Positions 28,263-40,650 of a stretch of DNA of 64,000 nt are shown one piece after another. Position 1 is the first letter of the stretch; every line of letters starts with the position of its first letter. A model generated the notes under the pieces. The model had not been told where the DNA came from. It worked only from the letters and a program-made list of their open reading frames with translations, and searched no databases. The DNA comes from Laetmonice hystrix (lineage: Eukaryota), in NCBI GenBank assembly GCA_965235115.1, contig OZ249445.1:24862001-24926000 (forward strand). The letters run 5' to 3'. The translations under genes were made by a program, and so were the position numbers.

Positions 28263-28863
28263 CTTTCTGCTACCTCTTTCCCTTTCTCTCCATCTCTCTT
28301 TCTCTCTTCCTCCTTCTTCCCCTCTTTCTCTGTTCTTCCATCTCCCTCCGTCCTTCCCTCTTTCCCGACACAGGTCATTCCAAGTTCAGTTCCCCTTTAA
28401 GAAGAAGAACCCACTCCCCTGCCTCTAACCCTGGCATGACGACCCCTACCCCCACCCCTTCTACACCCCAGAGATAACACCAAGGATACGTTCCTAATGC
28501 ATACCCTCCCCCTGTTTACATACATCCTCGCCCTGCACCTGATTGCCTCCAAGATGTGATCGTACCATGCCTCGGCAACTCGGGACGGCTCCTGCGCCTG
28601 ATTGCCTTCTGGATGTGATATGTCATCAGCCGGCGGGAATAGTTGACGGTATATAGGGGACGAGGGACCCCACCTGCCAGTCGGATCGATGTGAGGCCTC
28701 AATGAGCAGAATCCAGGACCCCTTCTAGCCGCCCCCGGAGGGGGGGGGGGGGTCTGAGAGGGGTAGACTGGTATGACCTGAGCGATAAGTATATTTATTG
28801 GGAGCCGTGATGGATGAGTGGATGCATGGTATCAACACCTAATCATTGGACACTTGTAACAAA

Positions 28864-28927
28864 TCTCTCTCTCTCTATCTCTATCTCTCTGTCTCTCTCA
28901 GCGCCCTCTCTCTCCGCGCTCTCTCTC

Positions 28928-28996
<69 letters not shown>
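28864..28996. repeat. (CT)n microsatellite
   Basis: Read directly from the sequence. Confidence 0.95.
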
Positions 28997-29201
28997 GCTT
29001 TCCTAATGGACGCAACACGGGCAGACCACACCGCACATCCTGTCGACAAGAATGATCCTACTCGCCAAGAAAGGAAATCCCCTAAAATATCTCCCCCGAA
29101 AACGTGTGTAACTGCATCATAATAAAAAAAGATCTATTACAAATTCCTTATTTTTTGCTTTGGAAAGCAAACGTGTTATGTTTAGTACAGCAATACCTTA
29201 C

Positions 29202-29212
29202 CTGTCGAGAAC
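29202..29212 (-). other. Candidate 11 nt micro-exon or recursive splice point
   Basis: TGTTTTTCCATAACAG|GTTCTCGACAG|GTAAGG on the minus strand. Confidence 0.4.
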
Positions 29213-32200
29213 CTGTTATGGAAAAACAGGTCAAACAATAAATCCGAAACGTCCATAAATTCCGAACTTTCTGTGCTAAAAATACGAGCAAAGTGGTCAA
29301 TCTCCGACATCTGGAGTGTACCAAAAACAATAACTTACCAACATATTCAAACTATATATCCCCGTTGGCACGCCAACCATACAATATTATTCGCTTGAAT
29401 TCGCACCCAATGACCCCACCACCACCACCACCACCAGCAGCAACCATTGCCATGTGACACAGCTGGGCTAAGCCAGCTGTACTGGCTGTTGGGGATGGAC
29501 CATATCTAATATTTACACTAAACACATAACTAGACCGTGTAAAAGTCACCATAATACAACAGGACAATGTTGATGCTGATTTCTCTCCCCTAGACCACAT
29601 TAGATGTTGTCTGCAATATTTTATTTCACGTTTCTGCAAGCAATGATTATAAATACTCCACAAATAATAAATTACACTTTCTATATCTAACTCCTTTGAA
29701 TAACCGTTGTAATGATTTCCTCAATTTTCTTTTTGTCTTTCTTTACAAGAGAATACAACCTACCAATATACCTTTCTTACCACAGTGTGAAATCATGTAG
29801 TTTTAAATTCTGATACCCAAGTAAAATTTTCAGTAAGGTGCTCGAAAGATATAATGGGCACTATTAATTATTGCAAATATCACGTTTACATGTACAATAA
29901 TGATATACTTTCGAAGAGGCCTCCAATTAAGGCTTAATGAAAATAGACTGGAGCAGATATACTGTATCAAGAATACTTAAATTATTGGCCGTTGAGGCTA
30001 TCACCATGCACGACCGAAAATACCTAATCATTCGGAAATAACTGCCGCTTTTTAAGTACGCTGACGGATGGTAATTCCTGTGGAGAATTCAGCCGAGCCT
30101 GACAGCTGTGCAGCCACTAAGGACCTTACTGTACCTCATCTCAACACTATACCTTATCTTAATCGGTTCACAAATTTAATACTTCCCATGCTGAGGATGT
30201 CCAAATTGTTCCTACGTGCATTGCATCTCCAGAACATGTGATTCAGAAATGTATCGAAAGCCGTGAAAATAGGACCACCTCAACATTTCACGATTTCCAA
30301 AATTATAGTAGAACATTTTAAACGAACCACTTTTATTTTTTAAGTATCCTTTTATTATACTTAGAGGTCAGACTCCAGGTGTTCATTGGACAATTGCATG
30401 CGTCAAACTGTCTCAGTAAGGCCAATAAAATGAAATTGTTTAACTTTTCCCTAAGGCTAAGCCAAGCTAAGCATAATGTCCCCAAATTCCTCCCTACAAT
30501 GACACTGAAGCGCTTACATGAGCGACCCGCCCGGCCTTATAAAGCGACAGAACGATCCATGAATGGTTTAAGTGACCAGCGAATCATCCAAATACAAAAT
30601 GTGTCGCCCTCCAGAACCTTCAGCACATTATCCGAAAGGCATTGCGCCTTCACGTTCAATGTTGCGCTCCGCTGCGCAGTGCCCTTTCAAGATTACAGCC
30701 CACAGAAGGACAAGGCGTTCGACCGTGATCATCTTCTGATGAGGAAGTGAGTTACTGGCAGCTCTCTGTGACTGTCACAGGGGATCGATTACCGAGGGCC
30801 TTGGTGGCCTCTATACACTGACCCATACACTTCCGTTGGATGGGGTCAAGGTAGTTTTCACTCGACTGCAGCGTACTGAAGAACCTTTAGCATGGGGACT
30901 CAGTGCAGAATCGCTTTGCTATTTGAACTTAGTCCTTAAAGTGACATAAGAAACACATCCATCAACAACAAGAAAACTATTAAATAAAAACAAAAACAAT
31001 AAAAAAAGGTTTGTTTTTTCAAAACCTGCAAATAGTGAGAAAAGGGATACCAGTGACTCAATATAAGAATGTAAAGAAAGCAACTGCATCTAAGTACATT
31101 GGTTGTGTTTGTAAATATTCATCGATTCGAGCCGAGATGGAAGAAGCAAGTTACACTAATTCGGACCGAATTGGATCGAGCAAATGTCTATATTAGTTTG
31201 TAAGTACGGGCCACTACCAGATAATGTGATTACACCAATGTATTCATTACTATAACGACTATGACAGAAATGCCAGTTGCATCCTTTTTGGTTTAGTTGA
31301 TGGCAAAGCTTCAAGTGCCTCTTTAAGTGTTTCCTTACTACCGGATATAACTGTGGCCACATAAAATAAAATAATACCAATAATAATGTAAGTAAGAGTA
31401 ACCACACAAAATGCACATGTACTGCCAACTATAGACCTCATGTCAACATTGCCGGCAGTCATATATCATTACTTTTTTAAAGTCCACATATTTCCTGGCA
31501 CTGAAGTTTTTAAAAATATTTTTTCAGCCTATCTTCACCCTCCACATCCAAAAATCAAATTAATGACAGAATTATGAATTCCCATAGAGAACCCATTTCC
31601 TGATAACAGACAGCCATATCGTAAAACTCATTCGTTGTCGCTGTCTTGTCATCACGCTTGAAGGCCATAAGGCCATTTGATTTACAGTTTGGTTCACGCG
31701 CACGCCGGTCCTTTATATCCGCGATTTAATTTTTCAATGTATACCGGGTCGATTTGTCATATTTTGTCCCTGCCCCTGATGTTCATTGTGATGTACATGC
31801 TGAGCCGTACCATGATTATTTTCTCAACACTTGGTCTATCTTACTACAAAGACACAAAAAGGACAAATTCCAGGAATAGTCATAAATCGATTATGCATCA
31901 TATAATACGACCTGAAACACTGCGCTGTTACATTACAAAACAGCTACTTAAACCATTTCTATTCATATAATTTTCCTCTCTTCCCCTCCTGGGCCTTGGA
32001 TGATCACTCAGGCCGAGTCGGAAATTTTCTTTTCTTCTCTAACCTTACCCGACCTTATCCTCTGCCCTAAAATGTGCGTAAATCTAACTATCAATTATGT
32101 CTGGCCTAAAATTCATTGAAAATTACGCCATCTGCAACCCCCACCCCCACTCCTAATACCCTTCACCGCCTCTATTTCCAATCACCCCCACCCCATCCAT

Positions 32201-35200
32201 CCACCCCAACACCCCCCTTCCCCTCCAAGATCCAGCCCCTTATCGACCGCTTCCAATTTGACCCGATGGCCGAACCTGTGTATTGAGGTCGTAGGGGCCG
32301 GCAGGCATTCATGGAACTTACCCTGGTCTCGTGCTCCAAGACTTCATCAATTGCCCTCCGTGGCCAGGCTCTGGGAAAACACGTCCAGCGATCACTGGTA
32401 TACAAGTGTTGATTGAACCCCGCCAGGCACAACTTGGCAAATACAGGGTGTTCCATAAAAATGTAGTTATTGTTGATATCATAAATGTTGATATCACATG
32501 TTGTGGTTACTAAATTATATGTGTGCATCTCCTAATCGATAATATATACTTGCATGGTTGGTACATCGAAGATGACAGACTTGACTTTGATAGTACAGGG
32601 CCCAAGTCCTAGGAACAAATCGTTATGAAACTCTACTTTCTTTTGTAGGTTGTCGACCGCTGTCGGATATTCCGTTGACGGAAATTGCCGACGACTATTA
32701 ATGCAATATTAATGCAATTTCAGTACCTGAACATTGTCAAATCTCGTTTAAAGTAGATCCTGTACATAAGAACCATGACCGTAATATATGAATTTATTAA
32801 CGAAAATTGTGGACTATATTATAGACTGATTACTGCCTGCAGAATCCGCGCCCTTTCGTATCCTGTTCAGGGGATGAGGCGTAATGTACCAGAGGCGGTT
32901 CTTAATCGCCGGAAACCGCCGAACATTACCGAAGAGAAACGGCCGGAGGTTGCCAGAATCATGCCTCGATCTGTCTTAAATTTAGCACCTCAGCCCAAAG
33001 AGCTGCTACTACTGCACGTGCAGCCAGAAGACTATAATTAGATGAGAGATTCTTGACATAAAAATGAGGTACGTGTATATTGTTAAACTAGTAATTGCAG
33101 AAAACATATGTAAGGAAATGGCATAAATAATTCTATTATTTGAACACTTCTGTAATCTTGACAACCTTTACATTAAATCAACAATTTTTCTTTCCTGACT
33201 AATATTAAAGTATTTACATCCAAACCGACATTTAGTACATTTAGTATATTTTCTACCTCACGGTATTCAAACATGAGACGTTACTCTACACAAAGTAACA
33301 AATTCATGTTCGTGACATAAGTCCAGTGCCGCTTTTAATAAATCAATTAATCAATTCAGTCAATGCTGGAATTCTGGCAATTTAGCGTACTTAGCAATTG
33401 CGCAAAATACAATTGCTGTAGATAAAATATTTACACTAGATTCTGTCCTGTTGAATTCATGTTCTAGGATAAATGTTTTAAAGATATTTCATGAAGGATT
33501 TTAATATAATATAATATAATATAATGCAATTTAAATTCATGTTAATGGTTAGCATAACATTAATAAAAAAAAATCAACCAGAATATATAAGTATATATTA
33601 GGAAAGCAACCCTTGCTTAGTTCTGAAATGAAACTGACATTTCCCCTCTCAATCCAAAATCACTATTGTAAATATTTAGAAATATTTAAACATAGATGTA
33701 GTCATTCGTGAACTCTGCATGGCAATCCCTGTCGGATTCCATCGACGGATACTACTAGTGTTTAAATTCCAAAGTGATGTTCATGCAAAAAGACTTGAGC
33801 GTCACCATCAACATTAGTATTCTATTGTCACACAATCCATTCTAATGTACAACTTACAACTTCCATGTGAACAACGCATTAACCGATTTCACCATTATTC
33901 CATACAATCTATTTTTAACGCTCGGGCAATGAAAATGGCTTTGAAAATACTGGCTTCCCCGCTTTCAGTGCTTTGTTAATGTTATTGGCATACATTCTGA
34001 TACCTCTTTTAGATACCTCTGTTTAACACATGTACCAGTGTCCCAATACACCACTGACTTGACCCCATTCAGCATTCAATCTAAGTACTAGGTAATCGGG
34101 AAAAAATGACATTTTTTTCCTAGCACAATACACAATGCAGGGAGACCTTTCAGACCAGAGTTAGAAAGGAAGGAGAGGGGTGATGAAGAGGATTGGCTAA
34201 CGCTTAGAATCTGATTGACTTTGATCATCATCTGTTAACATAGGGATGGATGGTGACATTTTGGGGGAATGAAATTTTAACATAATTCTGTTGAATATCT
34301 AACGATATGGTTTAAACAATTTCGTTGCAATGTCTCAAAAAGAAATACGATTAAAGAGAAATATTTAAAAAAATTCACTCCTTTAAACAACATGCGTTTT
34401 ACTGTTGTCCATTAAATATATGTCACTTCTAAGGTGGAAGGAATCACAGATCTAGCAGCCAAATTGATAAAGTGTGCTACCCTTTCGTAGTATTTTTTAA
34501 ACACCCTGTATATAGCTATACTTAAAGTTAGCTAGTAAATTTCTGCGATAGCTATATTCACAAATTATTTAGTTACAATTTTGGCTATTATTTTGATCTA
34601 TCTATTACTAATAAGGCATAATTAGCTATCTACTGCCATTTTAAGCTATATTACGACTAATGGCTTAAAAATTAATCATGGAATCAAACCGAATCAGAAC
34701 GGGCATCATAATTATTAATTCGGCTAAGTCATACTTCATCATTTAATCTGTCAAATGTGCCTAATTACTTTGGCAAAGTATCGCTAATGTGCCAGACACC
34801 GCAGCCAAAGAGCCACTACTTTCCTGAATTAGACACGCTCTATTCGATCAGGTCCGTTTATAGTTTATAGTCATAATACCCCCCCCCCCCCCTCCGCCTG
34901 ATTTTGATGCACATCGGGAGCCTGAAAACTGGATGTTAGCGGCAGGGTTTGGGGTAGGAATGAGGTTTTTATTCCTTTCGTTTTTTATGGTTATATTTGT
35001 GACCGGGAATAGTGAGAGATTTAGATCTTCCAGACAGATATCCTGCAGATGTTACCATGCGGAACTTCTGTCAAATGTTTTTTTGTTTCATTCATGTTTC
35101 AAAAATACTAATATTTAATTATCACATGAGGAAATATAACAGTGTCTAACTATATTTCGTTGTATTTCACACTCTCCCTCTCTCTTTCTTTCTCCCTATT

Positions 35201-35362
35201 TCGTCCTCTCCCTCTCGCTAGTCTCCACCAGCCAGTGCAATCAAATCTTGTCATTGACCACCCCTGATGTCTCCATACCAAGAGTGCATTATACACGATA
35301 CTGCATGGTGTTTGGAAGCTCAGTAACAGCCTGCGTTATATCGAACCGTTTGGTTCATATCA

Positions 35363-35420
35363 CTGATGAACGAAACTGGAGTACCAGGAGGAAAACAATC
35401 ACCTGCAGCAAGTAACCGTA
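35363..35420 (-). mobile_element. SINE remnant
   Basis: GAAACTGGAGTACCAGGAGGAAAACAATCACCTGCAGCAAGT; same SINE segment as at 2.6 kb. Confidence 0.45.
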
Positions 35421-37140
35421 TGTCAGGAAATCTACAGCATGAGAACTATAGACTCCATACTTATACTCCAATTTTAAATTTTAAGTTGAATGAAATGTGA
35501 CTTATAAGTCCTTTCAGGGCTGGGTGTTACACCCTGGTGAACTTTGTAATAGGAAGAAAATGTATATATATTATACACCTTGATGTAACACATGTCACAG
35601 AAATAAACAATTTACTACTACTACTACTTATAACTATTATGACAGAGCTCGCCACAAATATTACCACTGCTGGGAGGAAATTACGCACTCTAATTACTCC
35701 CCCCCCCCTCCTCCTACATTCCCCCTTCCTGGGTCTTGCGACCAGGTGAGGGCAGGTGTCAACCTGACCACCAGGCGGCGACACAGGTCCACACAACACC
35801 TGGTCCCTATGTCATACACATTATACGGTACACGCATCATCCTCCATGCCAACGTTCACACCAAATTAGGGGTAGGGTTTAGGGTTTAGTGCTTCGGACT
35901 TACCTATAGGCAGAGAGCGGATTTTTTTCTAGGGGAGGTCTGAGGACGGAAGTTAAGGGTAATTGTTAAGTTTTGGGCTATGAACATTAATATCTATAAT
36001 TTTTGAAAACAAATTTCGCGGGAATTGTTACCAGGGGGAACCTTACGGTGACCAGCGGCGTTTAAAACTAAGCTGAGATTAACTGCCCTTTCTGATATCC
36101 ACTGCGGCCCGCTGCTAATTAATGTGATGCTACATATGACCACATGTGGCAGTGTAATATATTGTCCTTTCCGTGCCAATATTTACCAGACATGATCTGA
36201 TAGTTTCGCTGAGATTTTATCATTCCGCCGCGGTACACTTTATAAAAACCTTACTGCTATGTCGTGGAGATAAAACATATAGAGATGTAGACTGACAGAT
36301 ATAGTAACGAATCGGTAAACATGACCCAAACAAATTATGGGGAAAAGGAAAATTAGGTCATGTCCTTGACCTCTGTAGATGTCAACGGGCGGATTGGGAT
36401 CTATTTAAGGGATGAAATGGATTACATTAAATTTGAAATCAATAGTCATGACTGCATTGCGGTACGCCGTACGGGATGCCCTTTCATTTAATGTACATGT
36501 AGGTTTGGATACAGATCTGAATAAATATCAATACATTAGCTTAACTCTATCCCTGAAACCGAATAACTAAGTTGAAGTGTTGAAAAATGCTAAATATTTC
36601 TTCGACCTGGTAGACTCTACACACACGGCTATGGCAGGTAGGTATTAAAATATACCCAATAGCCTGACGTCATGCAAGCCCATGTGGATCGAACCCTATT
36701 TCGCTGTCCATATTGTGTTTTGTGAGAAATAATCTATAGAATACGGGACCTTTGGTCTGAGATCAGATTGGAGTCCATTAATCGGGTTTGTATACACTGG
36801 TCTACTACACAGCTAACAACTAGAAACATCCACCATAAACGCGATTATCGCGTGCCATCCCTGAACAGTGACATGCACCACACTAAATGTTTTGAAATTG
36901 AATTTCGACTTAATTAGATCAATTGAAAGAACCTGATCAATTCGCAGCTTCCGGGTATTTTGGTGCATAATTGCTTCTGCCATGATGTCATGCTGACGGT
37001 GAGTTCTTTACAGAGAATTATTGGGTAGCTTTAGAATTTTAATGTCTTGGGAAAAGTACAGCAACTGGAACACTTTTTGTGCTTTAATATGTACCACGGA
37101 GTGGTCTAATCTATGATTATGTTTTTTTTCTTTCTTAAAG

Positions 37141-37167
37141 GAATAATATTGCGGAAAATATTGGCAG
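37141..37167 (+). other. Candidate 27 nt micro-exon
   Basis: TTTTTTTCTTTCTTAAAG| acceptor and GCAG|GTAAGT donor. Confidence 0.5.
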
Positions 37168-39532
37168 GTAAGTAAAGTTTGTGATTCTCCCTACCTAAAA
37201 CTATATAGAGCCTGCAAATAAAAATAAAGATTTAGCATTCTTAAAATGGCGTTTATTGTCACGTTTTAACTGTCTGTACAATAACTAAACCTGAAGCCTC
37301 AGGGCCCAGTTTTTCAACAATTCTCAACTTGAGTAAAGCTTTTTAAGTAAATCAACAGGCTTCTGATTGGCTGTCCTAAGCAAACTAGCCAATCAGAGGC
37401 TTTACTCTGTCTGGCTTGGGTATTTAAAGCAAACAGGAATTTTGATTTAGGCCCCATGTCCCCATCTGCATGTATAGGGCCAAAAAGTGCAACTACTATA
37501 CTGCCGTGAAATGACAAAAGGAAGCAAGTCCAACTTTCATCAAAATCGACTTAAGTGTAAATTTGGATTCAGAGAAGTAAGTCCTATCTATCAATGGGTG
37601 TATTTCTGCTAAACATCCTTCTATAAAGCTATCAGTCACATGACAGAAGGAAGCATGCCCATCCAACTGCACTGTAAAGACAACTTGTTTATGTCCATTT
37701 CTCGAAACTTGAACTTTTGGACTTGCTTCCTTTTGTCATTTCACGGCAGTATAGGACCAGTGTCCTATATAGCGCCCATCGAAAAATGAAGATGGGAAAA
37801 GGGATGAAAAGAACGAAAATACCAGCGTGTCCTTCTCAATGGGTTTGGGGATTGCCCGTGGCAGAAATCGGTTAATTCCCCTGGGGCATTGGACTGACTG
37901 AGATAGAGACAGTGACTTATACTGAGTGAGAGATAATATCTCTAGCTTTATATCCTTTTTCTTTGTACTTAAGTAGACCATCACGTCAGGTGGCCTTAGG
38001 GGGCCAAGTTATAGCCCCAGGGCTGCCCAGATAGGAGCTATTCTGTCGGCAACGCCTCCTGTAGTGTAATGGGTGTTCTACATTCGATGTCCAGTGCACA
38101 GATGATGTGCCTATTAGTTCCTATAATTGTCAGGGTCGCTGGTTGCTATTGGCAACGGCCGTTGCTATGCACAACCGTGAACTCGTGTAAAATGTGTAGA
38201 ATATAATAGGTAAATTTACCAAATATCAAGTGGGAACAAAAGCGGAACGAAAGGTGTCTTAGCTAAACTTTATAATTTTGTAGGGGGGGGGGGGGTATTA
38301 ATATTGCAATGCATGTTCCCTGTAACGGATGTTGTAGTTAACCACGTGGGTCGTCGCCAAACGTACCCCACTCCTGTCCACCCCCACAATACACACATGC
38401 CTCTAACTAAGGCTGGTTGAATATTGTTACCAATCATGTCATCATTATAGCCAGACACCACACCCCTGGCCCACCCGTCGATATGCACATCGTATCGCCA
38501 AGGAAACGTGGACAGAACGCCCGGGTAACGATGCTACCATTATAGCCGCAGAATGGCTGATTTCTGTGCACCCAATCAAGTATTACCTCTAATATTTCAG
38601 AAGCATGTTATATTCAACGTATCTGACTTACCTTTTTGAAATGTGTAATGGCTGTACGGAGGTAATTTCTACGTCATTTCCATCTAAATTTGACCGTTCA
38701 AGGATGGTGTTCAACTGCTATGCACGGCAGCGCCAGCGGGGGACACTCGGTCAAGAGCCATGTGCGGGATTCGCGACGAGGCTTCCGCATTCGATTATGT
38801 GCCTCAGACACATTCAGATACTTTACTTCCGAACTGAGTTCACTTTGCCTCATAACTGCATGATCAAGTCCATTTATAATACGCATCGATGGTAACTTTT
38901 CATGTGGTATTGAGCTATCGGAGATATTTATCCGAACTTTCAAGTCCGGAATCGAGAGAGCTGACACTTCACAACGGCCACAGATCTTGGTTGTCCTCGC
39001 GCGCATGAACAGTCGAACCCAAGGAGGGAGCATATATTTCAAAATCTCGATTAGACTTGATGCACTCTCCAATGTCTTTTTATTAATTATAATTATAGCT
39101 GCCCTTTGAGGGCATATAGCATGCGGTGCTCTCACAGATCTATACTGGAAGCTTTCATGAAGCTAGCCATGGCTCAGCAGTGTTTCGAATCGCAACCAGT
39201 GAAAGAAATATCTCAGAAGATAAAGCGAACGCCGCCGTCTGTCATGAGCGACGGGTCAGTTTGCCAGTCTCGCACCTCATTGGTCGAGCGTGGCGTTGGT
39301 AACACGTGGGTTTATTTACTGCCTTTCGAGGTCCTCCTGCTGTCGTAAGGATGATCCCTGATTGCATGTCGTCTCCAGTTAGGCGCAAGTAATTACGCCT
39401 AATACTGTGAGCACCTGTAGGCCAGAGGACGCGCCAGACTGTGCATGTAAACTGAGAACAGTACAGCAAATCTAGAGTAAAGGAGAATGAGGGATGACCA
39501 TGCTATCATGATTCATGCCATGGCCATGCATT

Positions 39533-39618
39533 CAGGGCCGTAGCCTAGCTGTCACATGTCACTTGCTCAGGAGGCACTGCCCCCCCCCCTGCGTATTTGG
39601 CCAGACTACGGCCCCTGC
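39533..39618. mobile_element. Mini inverted-repeat element with CAGGG termini
   Basis: CAGGGCCGTAGCCTAG...CCAGACTACGGCCCCTG imperfect TIR. Confidence 0.5.
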
Positions 39619-40140
39619 ATGTGCAAACCGGGGGCATAGCGGCTATAAGGCCTACAAGATTTTCGCCAGGGGGATAATTTTAGCAAGAAAAAGGGTTAGG
39701 CCTTTCCTATGAATGAACCGCCTATTTTAGGCCCAATGTTAGTAATTAGCGAAGTTTAAGTGTTATTTATTAGATTTCTGCCCTTCAAAACCCAGGGGTT
39801 GTCCCTGTTAGTGGCCTATGTCAGCCTTCATTTTGCCAGCCCCGTATCTGACCCCGACGGGAGCATGTACTTGACGCCATCTGGTGTTAAAACTTTAAAC
39901 TAATTTTATTTATGATAGAAAAATTCGAAGCATTGGTGTTTCTTATGCTGATTTCAAGGCTATGTGCTGAAAACCCTTCCTAGAAAAACAGTTGGTAGAA
40001 AATAGTGCTATTGCAATATTTGTCAAGCTTTTTCTAAATTTTGGAAAGTGATGGTTTAGGGAGTTGATCTTTCTAACCCACTACAGCGGATTTATTTGAT
40101 AAAATCCTGTGTGTGATAGCTCATGTATAAAGCCTACATG

Positions 40141-40308
40141 CTGCCATCTAGCGTTTCATTTTGAATTAAAACTATGCACTGCCATCTATCGTTTTGTTTT
40201 GAACTAAAACTACGCACTGCCATCTAGCGTTTTATTTCGAACTAAAACTACGCACTGCCATCTAGCGTTTTATTTCGAACTAAAACTACGCACTGCCATC
40301 TAGCGTTT
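40141..40308. repeat. 38 bp tandem repeat, about 4.4 copies
   Basis: CTGCCATCT starts at 40141, 40179, 40217, 40255 and 40293. Confidence 0.93.
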
Positions 40309-40566
40309 CGTATGAAACTAACATTTGACGGTCGCCAGTGGTGCTGGTGTCGTCTGTCCAACATCGCTGGCTCAGCAAACTGGCCCGAGGCCGAGTTTCT
40401 ATCGAAACAGCTCTTCAAACATCCATACCGACGATAGACAGCTTTCGGACCGCTTGTCAAGTAAGCATATAACGTCTAGACCTGAAGTGATTCTTATACG
40501 CCCTTCAGAAATTGTAAAGGAGTCTGCTAATAATCCACTTTGGTAACGTCATAAACTCGATTTCAG

Positions 40567-40650
40567 GTTTCCAAAAACTCCCACCAGCAGGCGCTGCTGC
40601 ATATGGACCGTGCAGCCCGCTGTCAACTTGAGGACATTCAAACCAAGAAG
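40567..40650 (+). other. Candidate 84 nt exon
   Basis: ATTTCAG| acceptor and GAAG|GTAAGC donor; open in phase 0 (VSKNSHQQALLHMDRAARCQLEDIQTKK) and in phase 2. Confidence 0.4.

Noticed and set aside
30735-30760. Hammerhead ribozyme core CTGATGA (also 35363 on plus and about 11570 on minus)
   Set aside because: No paired stem II followed by GAAA and a stem III/NUH site.
30855-30905. Resemblance to 5.8S rRNA (TCACTCG..TGAAGAAC) or RNase MRP CR-V (GGGGACTCA)
   Set aside because: Similarity is short; flanking rRNA sequence and the P4 partner strand are absent.
32438-34512. TACAGGGTGTT / AACACCCTGTA as TIRs of a 2 kb mariner
   Set aside because: Only 11 bp match and there is no transposase between them; more likely ends of separate MITEs.
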